Positions 12,184 through 23,940 of a DNA stretch of 52,488 bases are shown in pieces; position 1 is the first letter of the stretch; every line of letters starts with the position of its first letter. This DNA is from Nemertoderma westbladi (taxonomy: Eukaryota; Animalia; Xenacoelomorpha). A model generated the notes under the pieces. It had not been told where the DNA came from. It ran no database searches and was given only the letters and a program-made list of their open reading frames with translations. The translations under genes were made by a program, and so were the position numbers. The stretch spans positions 1 through 52,488 of the forward strand of contig JAUCBJ010006643.1 in assembly GCA_032718475.1 (NCBI GenBank), given 5' to 3'.

Positions 12184-12224
12184 CCACGTACGCGTTTCGA
12201 CCTTACTGGGTCTCATCAGCGTAC
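12184..12224 (-). ncRNA. Minimal type I hammerhead ribozyme (Penelope-like element type)
   Basis: The minus strand reads TACG-CTGATGA-GACC(CAGTAA)GGTC-GAAA-CGCG-TA-CGTGG: intact CUGANGA/GAAA core, 4-bp stem II, palindromic ACGCGT stem III and a GUA cleavage triplet. Confidence 0.8.
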
Positions 12225-12441
12225 TACTACTAGTATCGGCATGCTGCATTGCAGCTGCATTTTTAAGAATGCTGTGCCGGCTTGTCGACAAAATTGCGCC
12301 GCCACAACTCCCTATCACCCATGACATTTGCTAGATCATCCGCATCTTCAAGGCCAGTGTCCTTTAAGATTCGTCTCAAGAAAGTCATGGGCTGTCCACC
12401 ATGCTTATTTACTCCATGAGGCTGCCAAAGTACAAGATTAT
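12222..12441 (-). mobile_element. RTE-clade LINE 3' fragment
   Basis: Near-identical reverse complement of 12751-12970, with a (TAG)n tail. Confidence 0.85.
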
Positions 12442-12581
12442 GACAAGAATTGACTTTTCAATGTTGATTAAGCATCGCTCTGACTTGGAAAATTGACGTG
12501 TTTACATAATTCGACTTTGCACAATTGTTTATTATGAGTAAAACTATAATGGGTAATTTTGACCCAAACAGCCCTTTGCGT

Positions 12582-12978
12582 CGTCGAAGAATGCTACGCC
12601 GGGTACATTGTGTCAAGTACAATGCACACATCTCCAACCAGACACTATATAACATTGGAGGTGTCTCATTGGTTCCCCCAAGCTTGACACTAGAACAAAA
12701 TCGCCTCCGCTTTGCAGGACATTGCTTTCGCCGTGAGGACCAGCCAGTGCATAATCTTGTACTTTGGCAGCCTCATGGAGTGAATAAGCATGGTGGACAG
12801 CCCATGACTTTCTTGAGACGCATCTTAAAGGACACTGGCCTTAAAGATGCGGATGATCTAGCAAATGTCATGAGTGATAGGGAGTTGTGGCGGTGCAATT
12901 TTGTTGACAAGCCGGCACAGCATTCTTAAAAATGCAGCTGCAATGCAGCATGCCGATCCTAGTAGTAGTAGTAGTAGT
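12582..12978 (+). mobile_element. 5'-truncated RTE-clade LINE with TSD
   Basis: ORF motifs RMLRR, ISNQTLY, RLRFAGHCFR, LVLWQP and DRELWR; (TAG)n tail; 12-bp TSD AGCCCTTTGCGT at 12570-12581 and 12979-12990. Confidence 0.9.
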
Positions 12979-13114
12979 AGCCCTTTGCGTTGCCTTCTAA
13001 ATAATAAAAGTCATATAAAAAAAAAGTGTTAAAGTAAAAGTTATTGTGACCCCGTTACATTTGGATAGAGTATAAAAAAGTAGGAGAGGTCATGAAATAT
13101 TGTGACCCCAATAA

Positions 13115-13480
13115 TTATATTGAATTTTGTACAGTACATGTAAACTTAGAACTCGCAACAGTGGGCGTAAGGCGGACTCCGAGTGGAAGAGAATTCCAAA
13201 TATTGGGCGCAGCTACAGCTAAATATCGATTACAGTAGCTCTCTAGGTTAAATCGTGGGATGATGGGGAGACCCTGGTCACTGGAGCGCAGTGGGCGTGG
13301 TTGATAGTGTGGATGCAAGAGATCAGTAAGATAGGCCGGAACAATATTATTAAGGCACTTATATGTCAAAAGTGCAAATTTATTATCAATACGGCGCAGA
13401 ATAGGCAGCCAATGAAGATCACGCAACACTGGTGTAAATGTGCTCTGTTTTACCGAAACGTAACTTTATTGCCGAATTAC
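13115..13480 (-). mobile_element. L2/CR1-group LINE ORF2 C-terminal remnant
   Basis: LRDLHWLPI..RI..K..LLTYK, PAYL, RPLRS and AAPNIWNSLP. Confidence 0.85.
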
Positions 13481-13544
13481 AACTCTTGTCGAACGTGATA
13501 GTTGCCGAAACGCGATGTAACCACTGCGCTGCGACGTACAGTAC

Positions 13545-14025
13545 CTGTATGTAAGTGGTCGCCAGGCGCCCGCAGTCTGTCTGTAACTGGTCGCCAGGCG
13601 TTAGCAGTTGCCTGTATCTGGTAGCCAGGCGCTAGCAGTATGCCTGTAACTGGTATCCAGACGCCCGCAGTCTGTCTGTAACTGGTAGCCAGGCACCAGC
13701 AGTCTGTCTGTATCTGGTAGCCAGGCGCTAGCAGTCTGCCTGTAACTGATATCCAGACGCCCGCAGTCTGTCTGTAACTGATAGCCAAGCGCCAGCAGTC
13801 TGTCTGTATCTGGTAGCCAGGCGCCAGCAGTCTGCCTGAAACTGGTAGCCAGGTGCCAGGATTCTGTCTGTAACTGGTAGCCAGGCGCCAGCAGTCTGCC
13901 TGTAACTGGTAGCCAGGCCCCAGCAGTCTGCCTTTAACTGGTATCCAGACGCCCGCAGTCTGTCTGTAACTGGTCCTGTAGCCAGTCGGCAGCAGTCTTT
14001 CTGTGACAGTTAATCATAAGAATGT
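13545..14025. repeat. 32-bp minisatellite (GCAGTCTGYCTGTAACTGGTAGCCAGGCGCCA), ~15 copies
   Basis: Direct inspection. Confidence 0.95.
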
Positions 14026-14596
14026 AATTTAAAGTGATAACTAACACACAGTGGTATCTATACTAAGGTACTAATAATTGTTCTATAAAGGTCTTAATAC
14101 TTGCCGCCTTTGATTGCCTTTATCAGACTTTATTCATTGCATAAGTAATTGCCTTTGTCAAAAGTGTATAAATAGGAGGAGTTTTAGGCATTAAAACCAT
14201 TCTCTATCATAAAATTATCTTAACTTTAGTTACAAAGTTATTTACAAATACTGTAAAAATGTTACCCGTAAGTCTTAAACTATTTCCTCTGCTGTCAGCT
14301 CTTTTCCTATTCCAGATAAGTTTATTTAATGCATAAAGTATTCATTTAGCGTTGTTATCTGAATTATTCATTTAATGATTTGCTCACGTGAATAAAGAAA
14401 CCCTTTATTTAGGATGTTAGATTTATTCATCAAAACAAATAAAATGTTTTCTCACAGAATTATTCCACAAACAGAAATTTTATTTAAACGGATAGCATCC
14501 TAGAGAGAGTGACAACGCATACATGACTGTAGCCAGCAGCCAGTTCCTCACAAACTGTCTGTTGTTAGTTATTCAGTTCACATTTATTTTGGTTTT

Positions 14597-16917
14597 TGTG
14601 GGGCGAGCCACGAAGTGAGTGAGCCTTAGCGTAGTGGTACCATTAATCAACCTGTGGGGCGAGCCACGAAGTGAGTGAGCCTTAGCGTAGTGGTACCATT
14701 AATCAACCTGTCGTTCTGTCGTTCTGTCGTGTTCAATTTTAAACGTTAATAACTCGGCCAATCTTTGATGAAATCTATCCAAACTTGGTACACATGTTGT
14801 TTGGCAAAAGTTTAGAAATTTTCCAAGTAGAATTTCCGTGTGGCCTTCGAGAAGCTAAGATAATAGCAGTTAATTAGTTAATTAAGTTGATTGCGGTGAA
14901 AACGCCATTTTCAACCTGCCTTTTAAAGGAAATTAATTGTTTTACAGTATAAGATTTAAATAATTATACTTAAAAATTATACAGATATAATCCCCATACG
15001 CCATTCTATTATAGTTTTTAATTAGTTTAAGGGGGGGGGGTACACCATTTTCGGACAACTCTTCTATTTATCACTCTCAGCGTTTCAAAATTGTTTGGTT
15101 TTGGCTATAATTTGGAATATAAGTGCCTAAGATGCTATTCTACATGACAGGTTAGAAAATTTTTATTTTTCGCTATTTAATATTAGTTAATACTAGTTAA
15201 CAACAAAAAAAACTTGGTTGCGGTTAAAACCCTAAGGCTTTTTCAATTTTGAATCTAATCACATGAAAGTTTTTTTATATGATAGATTAAAGATGGGGCA
15301 ACATAACTATCAGGCGAAATTTTGTGAAAATAATTCTGCACCGCTAGGTGGCGCTGCAAATTTATGCCTAATTTTTAGGTTTGTTATAAATAGTATTAAA
15401 TTTTATTAACAAATAATTTCGAAAAGTTGTCTGATACTTTTATGCAGGGTGGCTAAGTAGACACCCACAGAAAGTTTCAGACTAATTGCTCAAAAATTGT
15501 AGAAGTAGTAGGGTTTTGAAGTTGACAATTTCATAAAAAAAATATTTTGAGATAATCGACCTTTCATTATATATAGTAATAGTAATTTCAATAGGAATCC
15601 CTAAATGGAAATTGTTATAACTTAAAAACTAAGAGAGCTATTAAATAGCGGTTTTCAGATTTGGAAACACCATTCAATGGTGCATTATAATATATCATAA
15701 AAAAATTTCGACATATTTTTGACCAAAATGGTGTACCCCCCCCCCCCTTAAGTGATTTGCTTTAATAAATGTGTCTTTAATTGATCTAAACGTAATTAAA
15801 CCGCACAATTATTGAGTACAAATTTAATCCTTCCCATTATTGGTCAAGTCTCTGCTGGTGTGGAGCTAGCTGCTGGGAGTTGTGGCTGTAGACTGAGAGG
15901 AATTGTAATAGAGGCAACCAGTATTGCTATTCCAGCCCAATCACTGAATTGTGTTTATTATAGGCTGGACGGGCCGCATAACCGTTCGACTATTACTACT
16001 ATTGCTATCTCAGTTAAATGACAGATATAATAACATAAATACAATCCATGGCATGGCTGTTGTAGGCTTCTGAAATAGTTTATTCCACAATGTATATGTC
16101 TGGTTATTTTTTAATTGAATTTTTGCAAAGTAGTAAAATTAATGTTCTTAAAAATAATATTATTATTTTATATGTAACCTAGGAAATTAGCTACATTTTT
16201 TCGCTGCAGCTTTAAGAGTGTACATTGATTTAATATTATTTCAATACCCATATTACTACATCGGCATAAGATGCGTTGGCGTTGTATCACACATCTCCAC
16301 ATATCACACATCTCCACATAGATGTATCAACAGTTACTCGCACAGTTTCGAAACTTCGCATAGTTATAACTGTATAAAGATCGTCAGTCTGCGTTTAGGA
16401 AAAATATTTTATGACAAAACAGGACAAGCGACGAGCGCAACGAGGCATATAATGAAGACGAGTACTGCGTTGACTAAATTATTATATAAACCACCTGGCT
16501 TCACATATTGATCGCATCCCTAGTTATTATTATTATAAAGATCGTCCTAGCTTGCGTTTAAGAAATATATTTAAATACAAAACAGGACGAACGCAAAGAG
16601 GCTTATAATGAAAACGAGTACTGCGTTTATTATATTCCTATAAACCACCTAGCTTTGCATATTTAACGTGCGATTGGAAATAAGTTCGTGCTACCCTTCC
16701 GTGGGTGGTAGATGTCGCGGTTATGTATTGGTGGTTGGGAAGGGTGGGGGGGGGGGGGGGGGAGATTAAAACGGGTGAACACGTACTGTCCACCTTTCTT
16801 TGATTGATTGGTGGTGTGGGTATATTTCTCAAAACCTGATTTTGTGATACAGTCGCTGCATTTTAATTTGTATATAATAACTAGGCCTCGTGCTGCGCGA
16901 AGTCCCCACGAACGTGT
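14597..16917 (+). mobile_element. Helentron/HINE (DINE-1-like) non-autonomous unit 1
   Basis: Starts after a T-run with GTGGGGC (56-bp head duplicated), followed by a (CTGTCGTT)n microsatellite and the AATAACTC..AAACTTGGTACAC core. Ends with the inverted motif CCCCAC and a CACGAACGTG hairpin. Confidence 0.6.
15031..15747. mobile_element. Kolobok-like non-autonomous element
   Basis: TIRs G(10-12)TACACCATTTT and TTAA on both sides (15027-15030, 15748-15751). The paralogous empty site is visible at ~17230. Confidence 0.85.
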
Positions 16918-19310
16918 CGTTCTGTCGTTCTGTCGTGTTCAATTTTAAACGTTAATAACTCGGCCAATCTTTGATGAAATCTATCCAAACTTGGTACACA
17001 TGTTGTTTGGCAAAAGTTTAGAAATTTTCCAAGTAGAATTTCCGTGTGGCCTTCGAGAAGCTAAGATAATAGCAGTTAATTAGTTAATTAAGTTGATTAC
17101 GGTAAAAACACCATTTTCTACCTGCCTTTTAAAGGAAATTAATTGTTTTACAGTATAAGACTTCAATAATTATACTTAAAAAATATACAGATGTAATCCG
17201 CATACTCCATTCTATTATAGTTTTTAATTAGTTCAAGTGATTTGCTTTAATAATCGTGTCTTTAATTGATCTAAAGTAATTAAACCGGCATAAAAAATGT
17301 ATTCTCATTAAATACTGCTCATTTATTGGTTAACTCAAGTTGGCTTGTTTCCCAGCAACACTTGAGGTATTCAGTCAGCCTTGCTTGTAAGAGGCAGACT
17401 GCTGCTGCTGCTGGTAGCCATCCATTCACTCACTCTCCATTGAACTGGCTGATTGGAGGTGTGTGTGTATCGGGTTCAATGACATTAATATTATTACTAA
17501 AGTAACGTCGGGATGTTAATATTCACTGGAGCTATGAGTCTCTCTGGTTAGTTGAATGAATGAAATAAATAATTGTTTTACTGTTCCGAATATCAATGTT
17601 TATTTCTGTAGGCCAACTTACTGTATTATTATTTAATCTAAATGTACATAATAGTTTAAATAAATTATTTCACAATTTCATTCCAATTCATACTGCTTAC
17701 GCAACCATGCTAATTAGGTATATTAAATTGCAGGATTGTTTTTAATTAAAATTTTTACAGTGCAAACAAGTATATTGTATTTAACTGAAAGTTAATTTAT
17801 TTCGGTAAGTAGGCCTTGCGGTTTGTTAGTTTAGTTAGTATAATAAGTATCAAATATATTACGTGCTGCTGTACAGTAAACGCGGCTTTGCGTTATTGAA
17901 TTACAGAATTGGCGGTACAAAGTACATTAATAGGGATCAGGCATATTGCATTTATATAATTGTTGTTGTAAATGTACAATAATATGCGCCACTTTTATTT
18001 TAGTAACTGCAATGTGTATTTCATTTGTACCTGCAACCCATTAAAAAGGGCAGCTGAACATATCGCGGACAGGCTGACTATTCACCATAACAAAAAAACC
18101 CAAATCGCCGCAGTTCCACTTACAGTTCCATATTAGTCTGTTTTGCAATTCAACCCAATTTATCTGCTCTCTGCTACACGCGGTTTTATCCACGAGTTTT
18201 GTAAAGTCCCGACTTATCGGGAATGACATGAACTTAGCGTCCGGAATATTCTGAACAGATTAAATCTACTTGGCGCTGTAATACTGCATCCCGTTGTACC
18301 AGAAGTTATTAAAACATACCGGCCCCTCAAATGCGCTTGCAGTGGGTTAGAGAACAACATATACCGCCCCAGTACAACCGCTATTTTGATAAGGTCCAAT
18401 ATATAATATATATATATATGGTCTAACATATGATAGTTCACTAATCAGCTAATAGGCCTATTAATTCGTGAGATTTCAATTTATAAATAAAACTAATATA
18501 CGAGCTCATATGAGCTCAATTGATTGATTGATTGAAGGTATGACCGTTGTTGTGGGGGACTAGGTCTACCTGTCTAGCAGCTAATAACTCGTCCGTGGAG
18601 AGAATAATATAAGTCGAGGAACATAACGAAACGCGTTTAATTTATTTATTTATTCCAATTGGGGATGCTTTCTAACGCGGGAATGCGGTGCTATTAAACA
18701 TCAACACATTCCTGCGCGTGCGTCGATATTGTGCACCCTAATACTAACAACCCACCCAGACACCTCCTACCCCTCACCCCCCCCCCCCCCCCCCCCCCCA
18801 TCACCCAACATTACTATGTATAGATCAATGCAGCTCAATATATTAGTAAAGGTATCGTCTGATTAGCTTTCCTACACATTACCTCTTATCCTTGTAGTTG
18901 TTTATTTATTTACACTATTTTTTGTTGAGTAAATCTTTCTGATAGGGGGGGGGGGGGGGGGGGGACTTACTCTGGACGAGCGCAACGATTGAACGACGCT
19001 TATAATAATTAAGACGAGTACGGCGTTGATTATATTCATATACACCACCTGGCTTTGCATATTGAACGTGCGATTGGAAATAAGTTCGTTCTACCCTTCC
19101 GTGGGTGGTAGATGTCACGGTTATGTATTGGTGGTTGAGAAGGGTGGGGGGGGGGGATTAAAAGGGGTGAACACGTACTGTCCCCCTTTCTTTGATTGAT
19201 TGGTGGTGTGGGTAAATTTCTCAAAACCTGATTTTGTGATACAGTCGCTCAATTTTAATTTGTATCTCATAACTGGACCTCGTGCTGCGCGAAGGCCCCA
19301 CGAACGTGTT
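16915..19310 (+). mobile_element. Helentron/HINE-like unit 2, tandem to unit 1
   Basis: 16915-17285 repeats 14708-15030 plus 15750-15800; 18975-19310 repeats 16585-16915; the middle is unrelated. Confidence 0.6.
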
Positions 19311-19744
19311 GATTATTGCAGACTGGTTTGCTATTATTATGGCCTCCCCCAGTCTGATGTGTCCGGATATCCATATTGGTTGTCCAGTTGTCCTTTTTAG
19401 TTGTCTACTTGTCCGTATAGGTTATCCCCGTCACCACCATTTGGTGTCACCTTGTCCATAACAGGTCTACTCATGTCGCGTTGGATATCCGTCTGTCCAC
19501 GTCTGTTTCCCTGTCCATGTCTGTTTCCTTGACCACATTTGTTGTCCCGTTGTCCCCACACCAATTGTACCCCAACTCATATCAGTTTTCTTGTAACATT
19601 GTAATATTTGGTGGATTTTTCAACACTTTCTATTACAGGCCCATTTTTTGGAGTAGCATGTAAAATAATATTAGCGATGATAACACTTAATAAGTTAAAC
19701 AGTATTATTATTTATTTAGTAAATGTATTATTATTTCATCAATA

Positions 19745-20285
19745 GCTCTGCCGTGTAATGTGAAAAGACCGCAAGTCACAAAAAGTCATTTCGAGATTGT
19801 TGGTTTAAAATGTCCGTAAATTACAATTTTTTTACAACCCTACGCAATTGGGGGTGGGAAATTTTTCTATGTGATTATTTTTTACTTTCCATTATTATTT
19901 TGACGTCAGAGTTATTTTTTGTACTTACGGTATTTTTGAATTGTACAACCTATATGTAAATACATATTTCAAGATACATATTTCAATAAAACCGTATTTG
20001 CGTTTTCTTATTATCTGTGCAATGACAAAACACCGTAAGTCTTTCTGACTTACGTTTTTTTGCATAAATTTAAGTAGTTGCGGTCATTTGTAAGTATTGC
20101 ACCTTTTCCTTTGTAACACTATACATATGGTGTGACTTACGGCCTTTCTACATTGCATATCTCGAGAACTTGTCTAGATACGGTGTTCTCGATTATACCA
20201 TTAGATAGAGCGCATTATTTAGACCCAGAAAAAAGGAATTTTGAAAAAATGCGACCTACGGTCTTTTTACATTGCACAGCAGAGC
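19745..20285. mobile_element. MITE with ~36-bp TIRs, TA flanks
   Basis: GCTCTGCCGTGTAATGTGAAAAGACCGCAAGTCACA matches the reverse complement of the end at 20250-20285. Confidence 0.75.
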
Positions 20286-20311
20286 TATTTATAATTTATT
20301 TATTATTACAG

Positions 20312-21999
20312 GCAAATGATGGACAATGTGGAGCCATTAATGTAAGTTTATTAGTTATTTTAAATTATTATTTTAAATGTAATTTCATGCTATTTCATAG
20401 ATATTGTAAATGGTGACAAAGTTGAGTTGAATTCATAAAAGTTATAAAAATATTTCCTAACAGGTTACAGAGCCGGAAGAACAGAATACAGAGTTGAAAG
20501 AAAATATCAATGGGTTGAGTGACCAAGTAAAAGATATACTTACAAACCTAACTAACCAACTCAATGAACTAAATAACGATGTTAGTTTCTTAACCAGTAA
20601 TTATTTGTAACATAATTTGCTAAATTTAACTTCATACGATTTCATAGATATTGTAAGCGAGTTGAATTAATAAAAATTTATAAAAATATTTCCTCACAGG
20701 TTACAGATTTGGAAGAACAGAATACAGAGTTGGAAGGAAATATTACACAGTTGAGTGACCAAGTAAAATACTTAAATACAAACCTAACTAACCGATTCGA
20801 TGAGCTAAATAACGATGTTAGTTTCTTAACCAGTAATTATTTGTAACATAATTATTTGCCGTGTTGAAGTCCTTCAGTTTTTATTGATGTATTATGTTTT
20901 TATTTATTTGTATGGAATTAATTTCGCACTACCAAATCGCCAGGCCGACATATTTCCTAACTTTATATCGCAGTGCGACATTATTTCTCAGTATGTCCCT
21001 ACGCCATGTATTTCAGTATATCCAGTATGTCACCGCGTCATTATTAGGTTGTTCTAGAAAGTTTAAGTGCAAAACTACGAATAATTCCACCACATTAAAT
21101 CTTTTACGGCCCTCGTTCTATTATTTCACTAAACAAAATCACTCGTGCCGTAACGCTATAATGTGCTATTTTATGAGCAACGACGTAATATAGTTAGTAT
21201 TTAATTGCTCTACATGTTGGGTCGAAATGCCGGCGTTTAATGATTTCCCTAGAGAACTCCAACCCAACCACTGATCAGATGTGTGCAGAGGATTTACAGA
21301 ATTTAATAAATAATTTCAATTAATAATATTTCCTAACAGAATAAAGAGTTGGAAGAGTTCGTTTACAGGTTACATGATATATTGAATTCATCCATTACAC
21401 TGTATCAGCAAATGGCTCCTGGGCTATTAAAGCATAAAGATGGGGTGAAGATTCAACAAAGAGTTGATGGATCTGTTGACTTCTATCGAAACTGGGATGA
21501 ATATGTTGAAGGATTTGGCGACCCGAATACCAATTTTTGGTTGGGGTTGGAGACGATCCACAAGCTGAGTTACGGCGGTGTGAAGTTAAGAGTCGATTTG
21601 TGGTTCACTGGATCGGGACGGGTAGATCCCAATAATGGGGGAAATCGTAATACAAAGAAATACACCAACGAACACAAATACGCGGAATACAACAACTTCT
21701 CTATCGGATCAGCTGCAACTAATTATCGCCTACATGTATCCGGTTACCACGGTACTGCTGGTGACTCATTGGAGTGGCGGCAAAACGGTCAGCCATTCTC
21801 TACCAAGGACCGCGATAATGACGGGTTGGACTCCGCCAACTGCGCCGTAGAACATACTGGGTCGTGGTGGTACAAGTACTGCCCCGCGGACAGTAACTTG
21901 AACGGAGAATATGGTGGGGGGTGGAGGAAAGGACCTTATTGGGCTCATTTTACTATAGGGAATCCGGCTTCTCGAGTTGAAATTAAGATTTGGATTTAG
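20312..21999 (+). CDS. Coiled-coil + fibrinogen C-terminal domain (FReD) protein; exons 20312-20341, 20464-20580, 20700-20816, 21340-21999; first exon uncertain (possibly 19677-19718)
   Basis: AG/GT boundaries, all phase 0, give one open frame. FReD motifs QQRVDGSVDFYRNWDEY..GFG, FWLGLE, YRLHVSGY.GTAGDS, FSTKDRDND, NCA and WWY..C..SNLNG. Confidence 0.9.
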
Positions 22000-22630
22000 T
22001 AAAACTGTAAGTTTTATATAAAATTACTGAATAATTCCAATAGAGCAGCGTTGGAAACTAACTTTTACATTTAATTATAAAATATATAAAAAATTTTAAT
22101 ATATAATTTAATAAATAATATATTATTATAAATATATTATAAACTAGTAAATAATGATAAATAATAGAAAATAATAAAAAAATTGATATAATAATAAATA
22201 TTAATTAAAATATTTATATAAATATAAATAAAATATACAATATGGTATATTTGAGTGAAAAGTTCCTGAATAAATATATTAACGTTTTTTTTTTTACTAT
22301 GAATTTATTTACTTTAACTTTTTATTATTTATTTTGCAGTTTGAATTCCCAATAAGTTTTCGAAGAGACTGAATCTTGGCTATTCTGCTATATGTTACCA
22401 GTTTATATGTGTGATGGTTATGGGTTATTGGTTTATGTTTGGTTAATATTTACAATATATTAATAAATTATAGTTGCAATAACTTAACTTTATTTACTTA
22501 ACTTGATTAGACCAGGAGGGGCCGGTTGCAAATAAATCAACCTTAGCTAAGGTTAGCCTTAGCTAAGGTTAGCCTTAGCCACCAGACTCCATGCATCCTG
22601 GGGGAAACCCTACGCGACAGTCATGGGATG

Positions 22631-23940
22631 TGTTCGCGCTTTTAGACCTTTAGCAGTTTAACCTGCCAATTTTAATTGTCTTTTTGTATATCAATTATTT
22701 AATGTACTGAAGTTACATCAGCCTAAGCCAGCCTGTGCGCGACCATTCACCCACAGTTAAGGGAGACTGGATTCGGATGCTTTGATAGTGATTGCAGTGT
22801 AGACCTACTGTATTATTCGATTGATCGTTAATATATAATCTCTGACAATATATTTACTTTCGGGGAAATATTAACAGTTCCTTTAGGACGTGGCGCTTTA
22901 AGTATAAAACAGAGTTATGACTTATACTAATCACAACTGGATGGCTACTGAGTTTCGTAAAAGGCGCATTCTTTAGGAGATGCTTCATTAACCTTCACAC
23001 TACTTCACACGAATCGCTCTGATTGGCTGAGCCGAACAAAGAACAAAGAGAGATTCAGGTTCCGCGTTGGCAGTAAATCAGCTGACAGATTGCGTCATCT
23101 GAGTCATCTTTTAGAGTATTAAGCGCATTGCGGAGAAAATGGCTTGTTATGTCCGCTAAAGCACACATGCAGACATAGCGGGTAAAAATGGCTTGTTATG
23201 TCCGCTAAAACACCTACACAGTATATTGCGGAGAAAAATGGCTTGTTATATCCGCAAAAGCTTTTACAGGATGGGTCCGGACGCGAATATTATTCGCCAT
23301 CGTCCGTGGCTCATCCCATTGTCTGCGCGGATCCCGCATGCGGTGGCGCAGTGGCCTGGGGCTAGAGGACGGTGCTGGTCTCACCTCCATGGCGGATTAG
23401 AACAGTAGTACAGTAGCAAGTACTGAAGTAGCAAGTATGTAGGTCAGTTAGGCTAGGCAATAACAATTCGTCACCTTCAAGGCAGAACTATGAAGCGCCG
23501 TTTACGCCAAAACTATCTGAATAAATATTATACTCATGTTCGCGCTTTTGAAGACCTTTAGCAGTTTAACCTGCCAAAATTTATATGTCTTTTAGTTAAT
23601 TAAAACACCTTTAGCATACGACAATATTTTATGCTAATAAACAAAACATTACCCGAAGTCAGCCCATGCGCGATCATTCACCCGATGGATCTACACCCGG
23701 GAGGCTGAATTCGGCTGCTTAAATTTTATTATTGCAGTGTAAGGTTGCAGTGTAAACTTACTGTATTATTCGATTGATCGTTATTAATTAATTTCTGACA
23801 GATATTATTGGCTTTCGGGAAATATTAACAGTTCCTTTAGGACGTGGCGCTCTATCTATTTAAACAGAACTAGGACTTATACTAAACGCAACGATACTGC
23901 TTATGATTAAAGTATAAGGCGCATTCTTTAGGAAATGCTT
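22631..23940 (+). repeat. Diverged ~350-400 bp direct repeat pair (22631-22985 and 23537-23940) around three ~45-bp repeats (23130-23260)
   Basis: Shared blocks TGTTCGCGCTTTT, GACCTTTAGCAGTTTAACCTGCC, TACTGTATTATTCGATTGATCGTT, AATATTAACAGTTCCTTTAGGACGTGGCGCT and GGCGCATTCTTTAGGA. Confidence 0.85.

Noticed and set aside
18625-18640. CGAAACGCGT hammerhead-like tail
   Set aside because: No upstream CTGANGA or stem II.
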